A stretch of 37,838 bases of DNA from Patescibacteria group bacterium (GCA_035269445.1 DATFJC010000015.1:1-37838); one strand, 5' to 3'. Counted from the first letter of the stretch, positions 1 through 9,335 are shown. Numbers and translations: made by a program. Notes: generated by a model not told the origin, from the sequence alone.

Positions 1-114
1 TTTACTAATCTTGGCTTTAAATGGGAAGATGTAATAGAGATACCCTCTGATGAAAATTATCCTACTGGTGCAGTGATTGATAGTCATGTTACTTCTACTC
101 CAATTACTCCTTAA
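1..114 (+). CDS. 3' end of an unidentified CDS running off the left edge (...FTNLGFKWEDVIEIPSDENYPTGAVIDSHVTSTPITP*)
   Basis: Frame 1 is open from base 1 to TAA at 112-114. No motif recognised. The tail does not resemble an MreB C-terminus, although it sits where mreB often lies. Confidence 0.3.
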   Translation, partial: FTNLGFKWEDVIEIPSDENYPTGAVIDSHVTSTPITP

Positions 115-152
115 ATTAAAGTTTAATAATTTAAAAATGTAAATTTATTTTT

Positions 153-857
153 ATGAAAAAACTAGCAGGTTTGCTTGTTATAATAGTTTGCTTTGTTTTA
201 ATTTTTCTCTTAAATGGAGAAAAAATTTTTTTAAACATTGGACATGGTATTCAAAAATTTTTGTATTTTAATTCTTTGTCAGAAAGTCAGTCTTGTAATA
301 ATATTGGTCAAGTTAAGCTTTCTTCTTATAAAAAAGAAAACGAGCTTTTACGAAAACATCTTAATTTTTTAGAAGAATCAAAAAATAATTTTGTTATGGC
401 TAATGTTATTGGCAAAAAACAAGAAAATAATACAACTTGGTTTATATTAGATCAGGGTAGTTCAAAGGGCATAAAAGATGGTCTAGCAGTAACAGATTCC
501 AAAGGCGCTCTTATAGGGACAATTAGTAAAGTTGGTCAAGATATTTCCTCTTTAATGCCATTATTTAATCAAAGTTCTAGAATATCTGCTGACATACAAT
601 CAAAGAGTAGATTAGTTTCTGGAATTGTGCAGGGACAATTTGGTTCAAGTATTAAAATGAAGTATGTGCCAGTTGATGTAATGATTTCTAAGAATGATAC
701 AATAGTTACTTCTGGTTTAGATGAAAATATTAAAAGGGGAATAGCTGTAGGTACTGTTAAGCGAATTAATAGAAAGCCAAATGATATTTTTCAAGAGTTA
801 ATAGTTAGCCCTATGTTTAATTCTAATTTTCGTATTGTATCAATACTTATCCCATAA
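153..857 (+). CDS. mreC: Rod shape-determining protein MreC
   Basis: N-terminal TM anchor, short coiled-coil (KKENELLRKHLNFLEE), then an MreC-like beta domain (GLAVTDSKGALIGTISKV...VSGIVQG...IVTSGLDENIKRGIAVGTV). Followed by mreD-like and PBP2 genes. Confidence 0.8.
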   Translation: MKKLAGLLVIIVCFVLIFLLNGEKIFLNIGHGIQKFLYFNSLSESQSCNNIGQVKLSSYKKENELLRKHLNFLEESKNNFVMANVIGKKQENNTTWFILDQGSSKGIKDGLAVTDSKGALIGTISKVGQDISSLMPLFNQSSRISADIQSKSRLVSGIVQGQFGSSIKMKYVPVDVMISKNDTIVTSGLDENIKRGIAVGTVKRINRKPNDIFQELIVSPMFNSNFRIVSILIP

Positions 858-863
858 AATTTT

Positions 864-1364
864 ATGAGAATTATTAAGCTTCTTTTATTTATATTTTTTA
901 TTTTTTTCTTGGTTATAGTTAATGTTTCTTGGAATATTTTACCAAGCTCTTTAAATATTTTATTTATATTTATAATTATTAATATTTTAAAAAATAGATA
1001 TAATAACAAGGCTTTATATGTTTGGCTTGGTATTATTTTCGGGGGTATTTTTTTAGATTTATACTCTGTATTGCCAGATGGCTTATATCTTGCTTCTTTT
1101 TTGCTTATGGCTCTTATTTTATACAAATTTATATTATCAGAGTTTAGTATTTCTAATCATTTTCATGTTTTTATAATTTCATCTGTGGCTTGTTTATTTT
1201 TTAAAATAATAGTTTTATTATTAAGTCGCTTGTCTTATTATCTAGGTTTATCTGACATTCTTTTAAATGTATCTTTTTTATATATTCTTAGTTTTGCGGT
1301 TTTAAATAGTTTCTTAATTTTTTTGTTATATGGCTGGAATATTCGATATAAAATTAAAAGATAA
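864..1364 (+). CDS. mreD: Polytopic membrane protein, MreD-like by position
   Basis: 166 aa, about 5 hydrophobic helices. Starts 6 nt after mreC and overlaps PBP2. The call rests on synteny and topology, not on a motif. Confidence 0.6.
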   Translation: MRIIKLLLFIFFIFFLVIVNVSWNILPSSLNILFIFIIINILKNRYNNKALYVWLGIIFGGIFLDLYSVLPDGLYLASFLLMALILYKFILSEFSISNHFHVFIISSVACLFFKIIVLLLSRLSYYLGLSDILLNVSFLYILSFAVLNSFLIFLLYGWNIRYKIKR

Positions 1365-3312
1365 GGACATTAAAGATGGAAAAGTTCCCGGCTTTTCTCA
1401 AAAAGATAAAGAGGGAAGTTTTGTTGGGGCTGGACCATTAGGGCCAGAAGGTTCAAAAATAAATAGAAACAGAATTGGACCTCCAGTTAAAAGGCGCCGT
1501 GTATATGTTATAGCTACAATTTGTTTAATTGTAGTTTTGTTAATTTTATCTTATGTTATTTATTTGCAAGTTTTTAAAGGCAGTTATTTTCGCAATATAG
1601 CTGAGGGAAACAGGATAAGGACGGTGCCGGTTATTGCAAAAAGGGGCCTTATTTATGATAAAGAAGAAAGACCCTTAACTAAAAATAGGGCTAATTTTTC
1701 TTTAATAATAGTACCAGGGGATATTCCAGGCGAGAAAGAGTTAAGGCAAGAATTAAAAGATAAATTAATTTTAAATTTAGAGAAAATTTATTCTCAAGAA
1801 GGTGAATTAGAGGCTGATTTATATAATAAAATAAATAGTATTTTTAATAACAAAAAATTATATTCTAGTCAGCCAGAGGTTTTAATTAGCAAAATTGATT
1901 ATTTGAATGCGATGAAATTAATGATTGTCACTAATGATTTAGTAGGTATTAAGCTGAGAAGCAATGCCCTAAGGGAATATATTAATCCTGAGAATTCTTT
2001 TTCTCATGTCCTGGGCTATGTTGATAATATAACAAAAGAGGAGTATAAACATCTTAAGGGTAAATATACCATAACTGACTTTATAGGAAGAACTGGAATT
2101 GAAAAATATTACGAAGGTGAATTAAAAGGTAAAAATGGGGCAAAAAGAATAGAAGTTGATTATTTGGGGAGGGAGAAAAAGGTAGAATCAATAACTCCTT
2201 CTATTCCTGGTAAGGGACTTATTTTATCCCTTGATTCTGATCTTCAAATTAAGACGATAGAGGTTTTAAAAAAATATGTTCAAGGTTATGATTTGGGTGC
2301 TGGCGCTATAGTAATTTTAAACCCTAAAAATGGAGAGATTTTATCGCTAGCTAGTTGGCCTACTTATGATAATAATTTTTTTACTGTTGGCTCTAAAGAT
2401 AAATTAACTTATGAGGAAATGTCTTCTAACCCTAGTAATCCTTTTGTATTTAGGTCTATTGCTGGAGAATATCCGCCTGGATCAACTATAAAGCCAGTCT
2501 GGGCTTTAGCTGGATTAAGTGAGGGGGTTATTAATGAAAATACCACTATTTTGTCAACTGGTGGCATAGGCGTGAAGCAATGGTTTTTTGCTGATTGGAA
2601 GTCAGGTGGTCATGGTTATGTAGACCTGGTTAAGGCTTTAGCAGAGTCAGTAAATACTTTTTTTTATTATCTTGGTGGGGGTTATAAGGATTTTATTGGT
2701 CTTGGTATAGAAAGTTTAAAAAATTATGCTAATGTGTTTGGGTTAAGTCAAAAAACTGGGATTGACTTACCGAGTGAGTCAGACGGTTTTTTAGCAGATC
2801 CAGAATGGAAAAAAAGAATAAAAAATGAGTCTTGGTATATTGGTGATACTTATCATGTTGCTATAGGACAGGGTGATATTTTAGTTACTCCTTTACAAGT
2901 TGCCAATTATACTAGTGCTATCGCTAATGGTGGAAATCTTTGGCGACCTCATTTAGTTACTCATATGCTTGATGCTCAGTCTGGTGAGGTGGAAAAAATT
3001 AATTATAATGCTATTAATAAAAATATAGCAGATAAAAAAAATATAGAGCTTGTTCAAAAAGGCTTAAAAGCAGCTGTAGATTGGGGCAGTGCTAGATATC
3101 TTGATAGTCTTAGTTTTCAGGTAGCAGGTAAAACTGGTACGGCTGAAGTGGGTGGAAACAAAAATCCACATTCTTGGTTTACTGGATACGCTCCTTTTAA
3201 AAATCCCGAAATAGTTGTAACGGTAATTTTTGAAAATGGGGGAGAGGGGACTAAATTAGCTGTACCTGCTAGTTATGAAATTTTTAAATATTGGCACGAT
3301 AACATAAGGTAG
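1330..3312 (+). CDS. mrdA: Penicillin-binding protein 2 (class B transpeptidase)
   Basis: TM anchor (VYVIATICLIVVLLILSYVIYL). Motifs SxxK = STIK (PPGSTIKP), SxN = SVN, KTG = KTGTA. Sits in the mreCD context. Overlaps mreD by 35 nt. Confidence 0.9.
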   Translation: MAGIFDIKLKDKDIKDGKVPGFSQKDKEGSFVGAGPLGPEGSKINRNRIGPPVKRRRVYVIATICLIVVLLILSYVIYLQVFKGSYFRNIAEGNRIRTVPVIAKRGLIYDKEERPLTKNRANFSLIIVPGDIPGEKELRQELKDKLILNLEKIYSQEGELEADLYNKINSIFNNKKLYSSQPEVLISKIDYLNAMKLMIVTNDLVGIKLRSNALREYINPENSFSHVLGYVDNITKEEYKHLKGKYTITDFIGRTGIEKYYEGELKGKNGAKRIEVDYLGREKKVESITPSIPGKGLILSLDSDLQIKTIEVLKKYVQGYDLGAGAIVILNPKNGEILSLASWPTYDNNFFTVGSKDKLTYEEMSSNPSNPFVFRSIAGEYPPGSTIKPVWALAGLSEGVINENTTILSTGGIGVKQWFFADWKSGGHGYVDLVKALAESVNTFFYYLGGGYKDFIGLGIESLKNYANVFGLSQKTGIDLPSESDGFLADPEWKKRIKNESWYIGDTYHVAIGQGDILVTPLQVANYTSAIANGGNLWRPHLVTHMLDAQSGEVEKINYNAINKNIADKKNIELVQKGLKAAVDWGSARYLDSLSFQVAGKTGTAEVGGNKNPHSWFTGYAPFKNPEIVVTVIFENGGEGTKLAVPASYEIFKYWHDNIR

Positions 3313-3394
3313 ATTGTCCACATGTACATATTTTAATTTATTTTATATCTGTTATAATATATATAGGTCGATAAAAAATTAAATTATTAAAAAT

Positions 3395-3703
3395 ATGAGT
3401 GGAAAAAGCACAAAACTCATAATAGGTATTATTCTTTTGTTGTTAGCTGTTTATATGTATGCTTTCGGCGGATTTAAGTTTGTCGTCTCTTTAATTTTAG
3501 GGATAATAGGTTTAGGTCTTGTTGTATTAAGCTTTACTGGTAAACAGGAAATGGACATTTCTGAAATAGAGGAAGAGGAAGAGGAAGAAATTCCTTCTGC
3601 TAAGGAAACGCCCGAAGATTTATCTGACGTAACACCAGATTTTCCTGAACCTGAAACCAAAAGTGATATACCTGATGTGGGCGAAGAAGAAAAAAAAGAG
3701 TAA
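3395..3703 (+). CDS. Small two-TM membrane protein with a strongly acidic C-terminal tail
   Basis: 102 aa with two hydrophobic helices, then EIEEEEEEEIPSAKETPEDLSDV...GEEEKKE. Possible extended -10 (TGTTATAAT, 3350-3358) upstream and a hairpin terminator downstream. Confidence 0.6.
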   Translation: MSGKSTKLIIGIILLLLAVYMYAFGGFKFVVSLILGIIGLGLVVLSFTGKQEMDISEIEEEEEEEIPSAKETPEDLSDVTPDFPEPETKSDIPDVGEEEKKE

Positions 3704-3756
3704 CTATTTTTTAGTTCAAAAAAATTAATTCGGAGGGTAATTTTTTGGTATATAAA

Positions 3757-3790
3757 AAAGACTCTATTAAAGAGTCTTTATTTTTTTATT
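3757..3790. terminator. Bidirectional intrinsic terminator between the 102-aa gene (+) and fmt (-)
   Basis: AAAGACTCT-ATTAA-AGAGTCTTT forms a 9-bp stem (3757-3779). It is flanked by T-runs on both strands (ATTTTTTTATTTT on +, TTTTTATATA on -). Confidence 0.6.
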
Positions 3791-3795
3791 TTAAT

Positions 3796-4761
3796 TTATT
3801 TTAATTTTGCCTTTTTGATTATATTATGACCATTGTATAGGTCTTTGCCTGAAACTATATTTTTGCCAGGTAATTGAATTTTTTCAAGTATTAAGGCATT
3901 TTCTTTGCAATAAACTCCAGGCCAATTATTATTAGTTAAAAATATTTTTCCGGTTGGACCTGATTTTTTAAAAATATTAGTTTTAAATATTTTTAAAATA
4001 TTATTATGTAGTTTGGTTTTTGGCAAATGAATTTTAGTATAGCTTCCAGGTTTTATGCAGTAAGCCTGAATAAGCTTTTTAATTTTTTGAGCATCTTGAT
4101 CCCAATTTATTTTACCATCTTTTTTGCAAAGTTTATGTGTATAGCTAGCTTTTTTATGATTTTGAGGTGTTGATTTAATATTTTTTTGTAAAATATCTTT
4201 AATAGTTTTTACTATTAGTTCTTTGCTTAAATTAAGTAATTCCATTTTTAGTTTTTTGTAGTCGTAATCAGATTTTATCTTTAACTTCTCTTGTTTATAA
4301 ATAGGGCCATGATCAAGCTTTTGGTCCATTTTAATAATAGTAACGCCAGTAAGTTCATCATCATTTTTAATTGCAGCTCTAATAGGGCAAGCCCCCCTAT
4401 ATTTAGGAAGTAGGGAAGGGTGTATGTTTAATGGTGCAAAGTTTGGTATTTCTAATATTTTTTTAGGGATTATAAGTCCATAAGAGGCAACTACAAAAAA
4501 ATCTGGATCTAATTTTAATAATTTATTTTTTAATTTTTCATTATTTTTAAGTTTTAAGGGTTGAAATATTACCAGATTTTTATTTTGTGCTAGTCTTTTA
4601 ACCGGGGTTTTGATTATTTTACCATTTCTTTTTTTAGTATCTGGGGTTGTAATTACAGCTTGAATAGAAAAGTGATCGTTTAATTTATTTAAAATATCAG
4701 CCCCAAATTTAGGGGTCCCAAAAAATATTATTTTTGTTTTTTTAAAATTATTTTTAGTCAT
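3796..4761 (-). CDS. fmt: Methionyl-tRNA formyltransferase
   Basis: N-terminal IIFFGTPKFGADIL, the formyltransferase motif NIHPSLLPKYRGACPIRAAI, and a C-terminal Fmt beta-barrel-length extension (321 aa). Confidence 0.9.
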   Translation of the reverse strand: MTKNNFKKTKIIFFGTPKFGADILNKLNDHFSIQAVITTPDTKKRNGKIIKTPVKRLAQNKNLVIFQPLKLKNNEKLKNKLLKLDPDFFVVASYGLIIPKKILEIPNFAPLNIHPSLLPKYRGACPIRAAIKNDDELTGVTIIKMDQKLDHGPIYKQEKLKIKSDYDYKKLKMELLNLSKELIVKTIKDILQKNIKSTPQNHKKASYTHKLCKKDGKINWDQDAQKIKKLIQAYCIKPGSYTKIHLPKTKLHNNILKIFKTNIFKKSGPTGKIFLTNNNWPGVYCKENALILEKIQLPGKNIVSGKDLYNGHNIIKKAKLK

Positions 4762-4765
4762 ATTT

Positions 4766-5203
4766 TTAATCTTTTATTTTCCATTCAATGTCATTTTCCT
4801 CTCCTGCAAATTCTCTCCAATTTCCATCTTCATCTATAACATACCATTTTTTCTCAGTCTTTTTCCAAATCATGGGATTGCCTTGATAATAAGCATTTTT
4901 AACCTTCTCTTTTGGCTTAAGCTTATCTAATTCAGGCCATTTTTTAAAAACAGTTTCAATTGCGTAGTCTAGATTGCGAGATTTAGCCCATTTAGCAACT
5001 ATTGTAATAGAATTTTGAGCCTTTTTTAAGGATCCAGCTAATTCTAAAAGTTGTTTAGCTGGTTTAGTAAAACGAGAATAAATAATTTTTTTCTTTTTAG
5101 CGTTTTTCCTAATTTCGTCTAAAGTGTAACCTTTTGTATAAAAATAATGGTTAACAATTTTTTGAATATTAGTTTCTTTATTTTTCTTTTTTGGTTTTGT
5201 CAT
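4766..5203 (-). CDS. Hypothetical basic 145-aa protein
   Basis: Open frame packed between the 453-aa gene (1-nt gap) and fmt (4-nt gap). Lys-rich N-terminus and a W-rich C-terminus (WKKTEKKWYVIDEDGNWREFAG). No motif recognised. Confidence 0.6.
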   Translation of the reverse strand: MTKPKKKNKETNIQKIVNHYFYTKGYTLDEIRKNAKKKKIIYSRFTKPAKQLLELAGSLKKAQNSITIVAKWAKSRNLDYAIETVFKKWPELDKLKPKEKVKNAYYQGNPMIWKKTEKKWYVIDEDGNWREFAGEENDIEWKIKD

Positions 5204-5204
5204 A

Positions 5205-6566
5205 TTAAATTTGGTCTTCTATTTTAAAAACCTCTCCTTGAGGATGAATATTTAAAATATTTTTAGATACATTAATAATATGGCTCCAGTCATAACCTAG
5301 AGCATTAAATGTTTGACTTGAATAAATGGGTCTAGCTTTTCCTTTTGCGATAAGATAAACAGTGCTTTTATCTTTGGTTTTTAAAAGAGTACCATCTCTA
5401 AATTTAATTGCTGATCCATTTTTAAAAGTGCTTAGTTCTTCTGGGGTTACTTTGATAATAGAATTATAAGGGTAATTATTATGAAGTATTTTAGCATCTA
5501 TAATAGGATGTTTAGTGTCTTCCCTAACATAAAAAACTGCTTTATTGTTTTTGTTTTGTAAAAGACTACCACTGGGGTAGGGGGAAACAACAGGATTGCC
5601 TGGTTTATAAATTTCTAAAGCCTTTTCATCTGCCTTTAAAATTTCTCCGGGGTGAAAGCCTATTTTTTTAAACATTGATTGTGAAATAGGTCTTTTTTTG
5701 TTGTCATCTAAGAGGAACAGTTCTCCTAAAGATCCTTGTATTAAAGAATAATTTGGAAATCTTATTGGATCACCCGTTTTATAGCTTGATAGTTTTTTTG
5801 GGTCTATTTCTTGAACGTCTTTAAAATTATATCTTGATAAAAAAATACTTTTTGATATAAAGGGGCGTTTTTTATTATTTTCTATTAAATAAACACCAGC
5901 TTGGTCTTTTGCTCTGACTAGGGTGCCGTTTTCTGGTGCTGTTTCTTTTTTAAACCAATTGTTCCATATTTCAAAAAAAAGTTTATTTCCTTGTATATGA
6001 GGGGTGTAATTATAAAGGGCAGCTGTTGCAGAAGTTTCTGGAGTAACTTTGTGATAACTAATATTATAGGTTTGTCCTGCTTTATGTCTAAAATCCCAAG
6101 GGTGCTCTAGATAATATCTTAAGCGCCAGGCAGTTCTATCTACTTGTATTCCAAAACCACCAAATCTTTCTACTGGTTTTCTGTGATCATAGGCTGCAAA
6201 TCCAGTAGCCCATTTTAATTGAGTTTCTTTTTGGGGCGGGGTGGTAATTAGGGTTTGTTCTTTTTGAAGTAGAGTCAAAAGAATTTGAGGGTTAATTTTA
6301 TGTTTTTGACTTGCATTAAAAATTATTTCTGAGGCTTTAAGTTCTTTGCCATTAATGCTTTTAGCTTTATATGTTTTTAATACTCCATTGTGTTTATTGA
6401 GAAAATCTTGAATTTCTTTTAGGCTCATGGAGTTATAGTCAAATAGTTCTTGGTTGGAAATAATATTGTTGGGGTTAAAGTCTTCCTTAGCCAAAAGTCT
6501 TAAGGGGCTAAGCAGGATAAGGCTAATGATTATTGCGACCAGAATGCTAGTATTTTTTTTATTCAT
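5205..6566 (-). CDS. Secreted or cell-wall-associated protein: N-terminal about 200-aa domain plus four repeats of about 55 aa
   Basis: Signal or anchor sequence MNKKNTSILVAIIISLILLSPLRLLA. N-terminal domain carries INPQILLTLLQKEQTLIT. Four repeats share G(T/S)L.....(V/L)(Y/F)L(I/L)...K(K/A)RP(I/F).S..F (VYLIENNKKRPFIS, LFLLDDNKKRPISQ, VFYVREDTKHPIID, VYLIAKGKARPIYS). Confidence 0.7.
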   Translation of the reverse strand: MNKKNTSILVAIIISLILLSPLRLLAKEDFNPNNIISNQELFDYNSMSLKEIQDFLNKHNGVLKTYKAKSINGKELKASEIIFNASQKHKINPQILLTLLQKEQTLITTPPQKETQLKWATGFAAYDHRKPVERFGGFGIQVDRTAWRLRYYLEHPWDFRHKAGQTYNISYHKVTPETSATAALYNYTPHIQGNKLFFEIWNNWFKKETAPENGTLVRAKDQAGVYLIENNKKRPFISKSIFLSRYNFKDVQEIDPKKLSSYKTGDPIRFPNYSLIQGSLGELFLLDDNKKRPISQSMFKKIGFHPGEILKADEKALEIYKPGNPVVSPYPSGSLLQNKNNKAVFYVREDTKHPIIDAKILHNNYPYNSIIKVTPEELSTFKNGSAIKFRDGTLLKTKDKSTVYLIAKGKARPIYSSQTFNALGYDWSHIINVSKNILNIHPQGEVFKIEDQI

Positions 6567-6572
6567 AATATT

Positions 6573-9188
6573 TTATTTAAAAACTATTTCTCCTTTTTTT
6601 AGGCTTACCCTAAATGTCTTTTTTTGATTTTTCCCAGATTTTACTATTTTCAAGGATAAGGGGTCTAAGATTTGTTTTTGAATAACTCTTTTTAAGGGTC
6701 TAGCTCCATATAGGGGGTCAAAACCTAACTTAGCTAGCCTTTTTTTAGCTGCATTGGTTATTGTTAAATTAATATCTTTTTTTGCTAATCTTTCTTTTAC
6801 TTGTTTGAGCTGAAGTTCTATGATTTTTTTAATATTTTTTCTAGTAAGAGCTTCAAAAATAATTGTTTCATCAATTCTATTTAAAAATTCAGGCTTAAAG
6901 GTATTTTTTAATTCTTTTCGGATTTGTTTTTCAATATTTTTTCTAGAGATTGTTTTTTCGGTTGGAGAGTTAAAGCCTATTTCTTTTTTCTTAATATAAT
7001 CATGTATTATACCACTGCCAAGATTGGAAGTCATTATTATAACTGCATTTTTAAAGTTAACAGAACGGCCCTTAGCATCTGTTAATCTACCTTCATCTAA
7101 AATCTGTAATAACATATTGAAAACGTCATGATGGGCTTTTTCAATTTCATCAAATAAGATAACACTATAGGGTTTTTTTCTAATTTCTTCTGTTAATTGA
7201 CCGCCAGATTCAAAGCCAACATAACCAGGAGGTGATCCTATCATTTTAGATACAGCGTGTTTTTCCATATACTCTGACATATCAACTCTAATTAAAGCTT
7301 TTTCAGTATCAAACAAAAATTCAGCTAAGCTTTTAGCTAGCTCTGTTTTTCCAACCCCAGTTGGGCCTAAAAATATAAAAGAGCCAATAGGTCTATCTTC
7401 TTCAGACATGCCAGTGCGAGATCTACGAATTGCATTGGATACAGCTTTTACGGCTTTTTTCTGATTAACAAGCCTTTTATGTATTTCTTCTTCCATTTTA
7501 GCTAATTTTTTACTTTCCTCTTCTAGCATTTTAGAGACTGGAATTCCAGTCCATCTTGCTACTACTTTAGCTATTTCATCTTCACCTATTTCTTCTTTTA
7601 AAATTCTATTATTTTTTTGTATTTTTGCTAATTTCTTTTGAGAATCTTTAATATTTTGTTTTAGCTTTGGAATTTTTCCGTATTTAATTTCTGCTACTTT
7701 TTGTAAGTTCCCTTTTCTTTCGGCAATTTCTGACTTTTGCTTTAATTCATCTATTTTTTCTTTCATCTCATGGATATCAGATATATTATCTTTCTCAGTT
7801 TTCCACCTAATTTCAAAATTTTTAATCTTTTCTTTAATATTTGCGCTTCTTTTTTTTAATTTTTCTAGCTTATCTTTGTTTGATTTTTTGTCTTTTTTTA
7901 AAACCGTTATTTCAAGTTGAAGCTGTCTTTGTTTTCTTTTTAATTGATCTAATTTCTCAGGCCTACTTTCAATTTCCATTCTAAGGGCAGATGCTGCTTC
8001 ATCCATTAAGTCAATTGCCTTGTCTGGTAAGAATCTTTCTGTTATGTACCTATTAGAGAGTTTAGCAGCTGACATAAGAGCATCATCAGTTATTCTGATG
8101 CCATGGTGTACTTCGTATTTTTCCTTAATACCCCTAAGAATTGCTACTGTATCTTCAATTGATGGCTCTTTAACATAAACTTGTTGAAATCTTCTTTCAA
8201 AGGCAGAATCTTTTTCAACATATTTTTGATATTCTTTTAGTGTGGTGGCTCCTATACAATGGAGCTCTCCTCGTGCTAGAGCCGGCTTTAGCATATTAGA
8301 GGCATCAATGGCTCCTTCAGCCCGTCCAGCTCCTACCAAAGTGTGCAATTCATCAATAAAAAGAATATACTGACCAGATTTTTTAATTTCTTTTAAAACC
8401 GTTTTTAGTCTGTTTTCAAATTCACCCCTAAACTTGGTGCCCGCTATCATGCCCCCAAGGTCTAAGGATATAAGCTCTTTGTTTTTTAAAGACTCTGGTA
8501 CATCACCAGCTACAATTCTTTGAGCTAGTCCTTCTGCGATAGCAGTTTTCCCAACACCAGCCTTACCTATAAGAACTGGGTTATTTTTAGTTCTACGGCT
8601 TAAAACCTGGACAACCCTTCTTATTTCTTCATCTCTTCCAATAATGGGATCTAATTTTTCATCGCTGGCCATTTTGGTTAGGTTTAAGGTATATTTTTTA
8701 ATAGCTTGCTGTTTATTTTCTGGGCTTGGACTTGTGACTCTTTCGCCGCCTCTTACATCTGAGAGTACCTTTAATATTTTTTCTTTATCTAGGCCAAAGC
8801 TGTCTAAAACATCTTTTATTGGAGAGGGAATTGAAAGAAGGGCTAAAAATAGGTGTTCTGTGCTAACATATTCGTCATTTAGCTTTTTAGCCTCTTTAGT
8901 GGCATATAATATTGTTCTTTGAAGTAAGGGAGTGACATAAACCTCTAAATTCGATAGACTTTTTGAATCTTTAATTTGAGGTAAATCTTCTACGAGTTCA
9001 AATAATTCAGATTTTAATTTTTCTACATTCACTTCTATTTTTTTTAACAAAGACAAAACAACTCCATCTTGTTGCTTTATTAAAGCTATTGCTAAATGGG
9101 GACTATCAACTTTTTGTTGATTGTTTTCAGTTACAATATTGTGAGCCTCTTGAATGGCTTCTTGAGCCTTAAGGGTAAAATTATGCAT
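6573..9188 (-). CDS. clpB: ATP-dependent chaperone/disaggregase ClpB
   Basis: 871 aa with a Clp N-domain and two AAA+ modules (Walker [14 protein letters not shown] and [13 protein letters not shown]; Walker B ILFIDELH and [10 protein letters not shown]). A long K/E-rich coiled-coil middle domain is present, which argues for ClpB rather than ClpA or ClpC. Confidence 0.95.
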   Translation of the reverse strand: MHNFTLKAQEAIQEAHNIVTENNQQKVDSPHLAIALIKQQDGVVLSLLKKIEVNVEKLKSELFELVEDLPQIKDSKSLSNLEVYVTPLLQRTILYATKEAKKLNDEYVSTEHLFLALLSIPSPIKDVLDSFGLDKEKILKVLSDVRGGERVTSPSPENKQQAIKKYTLNLTKMASDEKLDPIIGRDEEIRRVVQVLSRRTKNNPVLIGKAGVGKTAIAEGLAQRIVAGDVPESLKNKELISLDLGGMIAGTKFRGEFENRLKTVLKEIKKSGQYILFIDELHTLVGAGRAEGAIDASNMLKPALARGELHCIGATTLKEYQKYVEKDSAFERRFQQVYVKEPSIEDTVAILRGIKEKYEVHHGIRITDDALMSAAKLSNRYITERFLPDKAIDLMDEAASALRMEIESRPEKLDQLKRKQRQLQLEITVLKKDKKSNKDKLEKLKKRSANIKEKIKNFEIRWKTEKDNISDIHEMKEKIDELKQKSEIAERKGNLQKVAEIKYGKIPKLKQNIKDSQKKLAKIQKNNRILKEEIGEDEIAKVVARWTGIPVSKMLEEESKKLAKMEEEIHKRLVNQKKAVKAVSNAIRRSRTGMSEEDRPIGSFIFLGPTGVGKTELAKSLAEFLFDTEKALIRVDMSEYMEKHAVSKMIGSPPGYVGFESGGQLTEEIRKKPYSVILFDEIEKAHHDVFNMLLQILDEGRLTDAKGRSVNFKNAVIIMTSNLGSGIIHDYIKKKEIGFNSPTEKTISRKNIEKQIRKELKNTFKPEFLNRIDETIIFEALTRKNIKKIIELQLKQVKERLAKKDINLTITNAAKKRLAKLGFDPLYGARPLKRVIQKQILDPLSLKIVKSGKNQKKTFRVSLKKGEIVFK

Positions 9189-9214
9189 AAAAATATATTT
9201 TATTATTTTTGTTT

Positions 9215-9242
9215 ATTTTAGCATAAATGATTTAGCAGTCAA
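9215..9242 (-). promoter_or_regulatory. Putative sigma70-type promoter of the clpB operon
   Basis: Minus strand reads TTGACT (9242-9237), a 16-nt spacer, then TGC-TAAAAT (extended -10; -10 at 9220-9215). The -10 ends 26 nt upstream of the clpB ATG (9188). Confidence 0.5.
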
Positions 9243-9258
9243 GCCCTTTGAGTGCTAA
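9232..9258. promoter_or_regulatory. CIRCE (HrcA operator) inverted repeat
   Basis: TTAGCAGTC-N9-GAGTGCTAA against consensus TTAGCACTC-N9-GAGTGCTAA (17/18). Lies 44 nt upstream of the clpB start and overlaps the putative -35. Confidence 0.75.
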
Positions 9259-9306
9259 TATTTTATATATTTATAAAAAAATATATATAATATAGTATAT
9301 CAAAAA

Positions 9307-9335
9307 TTAACAAAATTGAAAGGGTGTGCTATAAT
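9307..9335 (+). promoter_or_regulatory. Putative promoter of the thpR-to-M23 plus-strand operon
   Basis: TTAACA, a 17-nt spacer, then TATAAT preceded by TG (GTGCTATAAT). The -10 ends 49 nt upstream of the ATG at 9385. Confidence 0.45.

Noticed and set aside
791-1126. 111-aa ORF antisense to the mreC/mreD junction
   Set aside because: Lies entirely opposite two well-supported genes. Its low-complexity K/I-rich translation is typical of a shadow frame in AT-rich DNA.
3569-3589. GAGGAA tandem repeat
   Set aside because: It is in frame inside the 102-aa CDS and encodes the poly-Glu stretch. It is not a CRISPR or satellite element.
3451-3660. 69-aa ORF antisense to the 102-aa membrane protein gene
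   Set aside because: It is a shadow of the GAA/GAG-rich acidic tail (poly-Ser on the opposite strand). The sense ORF has a TM topology, a promoter-like element and a terminator.
4766-5203. Peptide deformylase (def) call based on position upstream of fmt
   Set aside because: The protein lacks HExxH, EGCLS and GxGxAAxQ. The positional argument alone is insufficient.
8644-8922. 92-aa ORF antisense to clpB
   Set aside because: Sits inside the strongly supported clpB frame. No independent signals.
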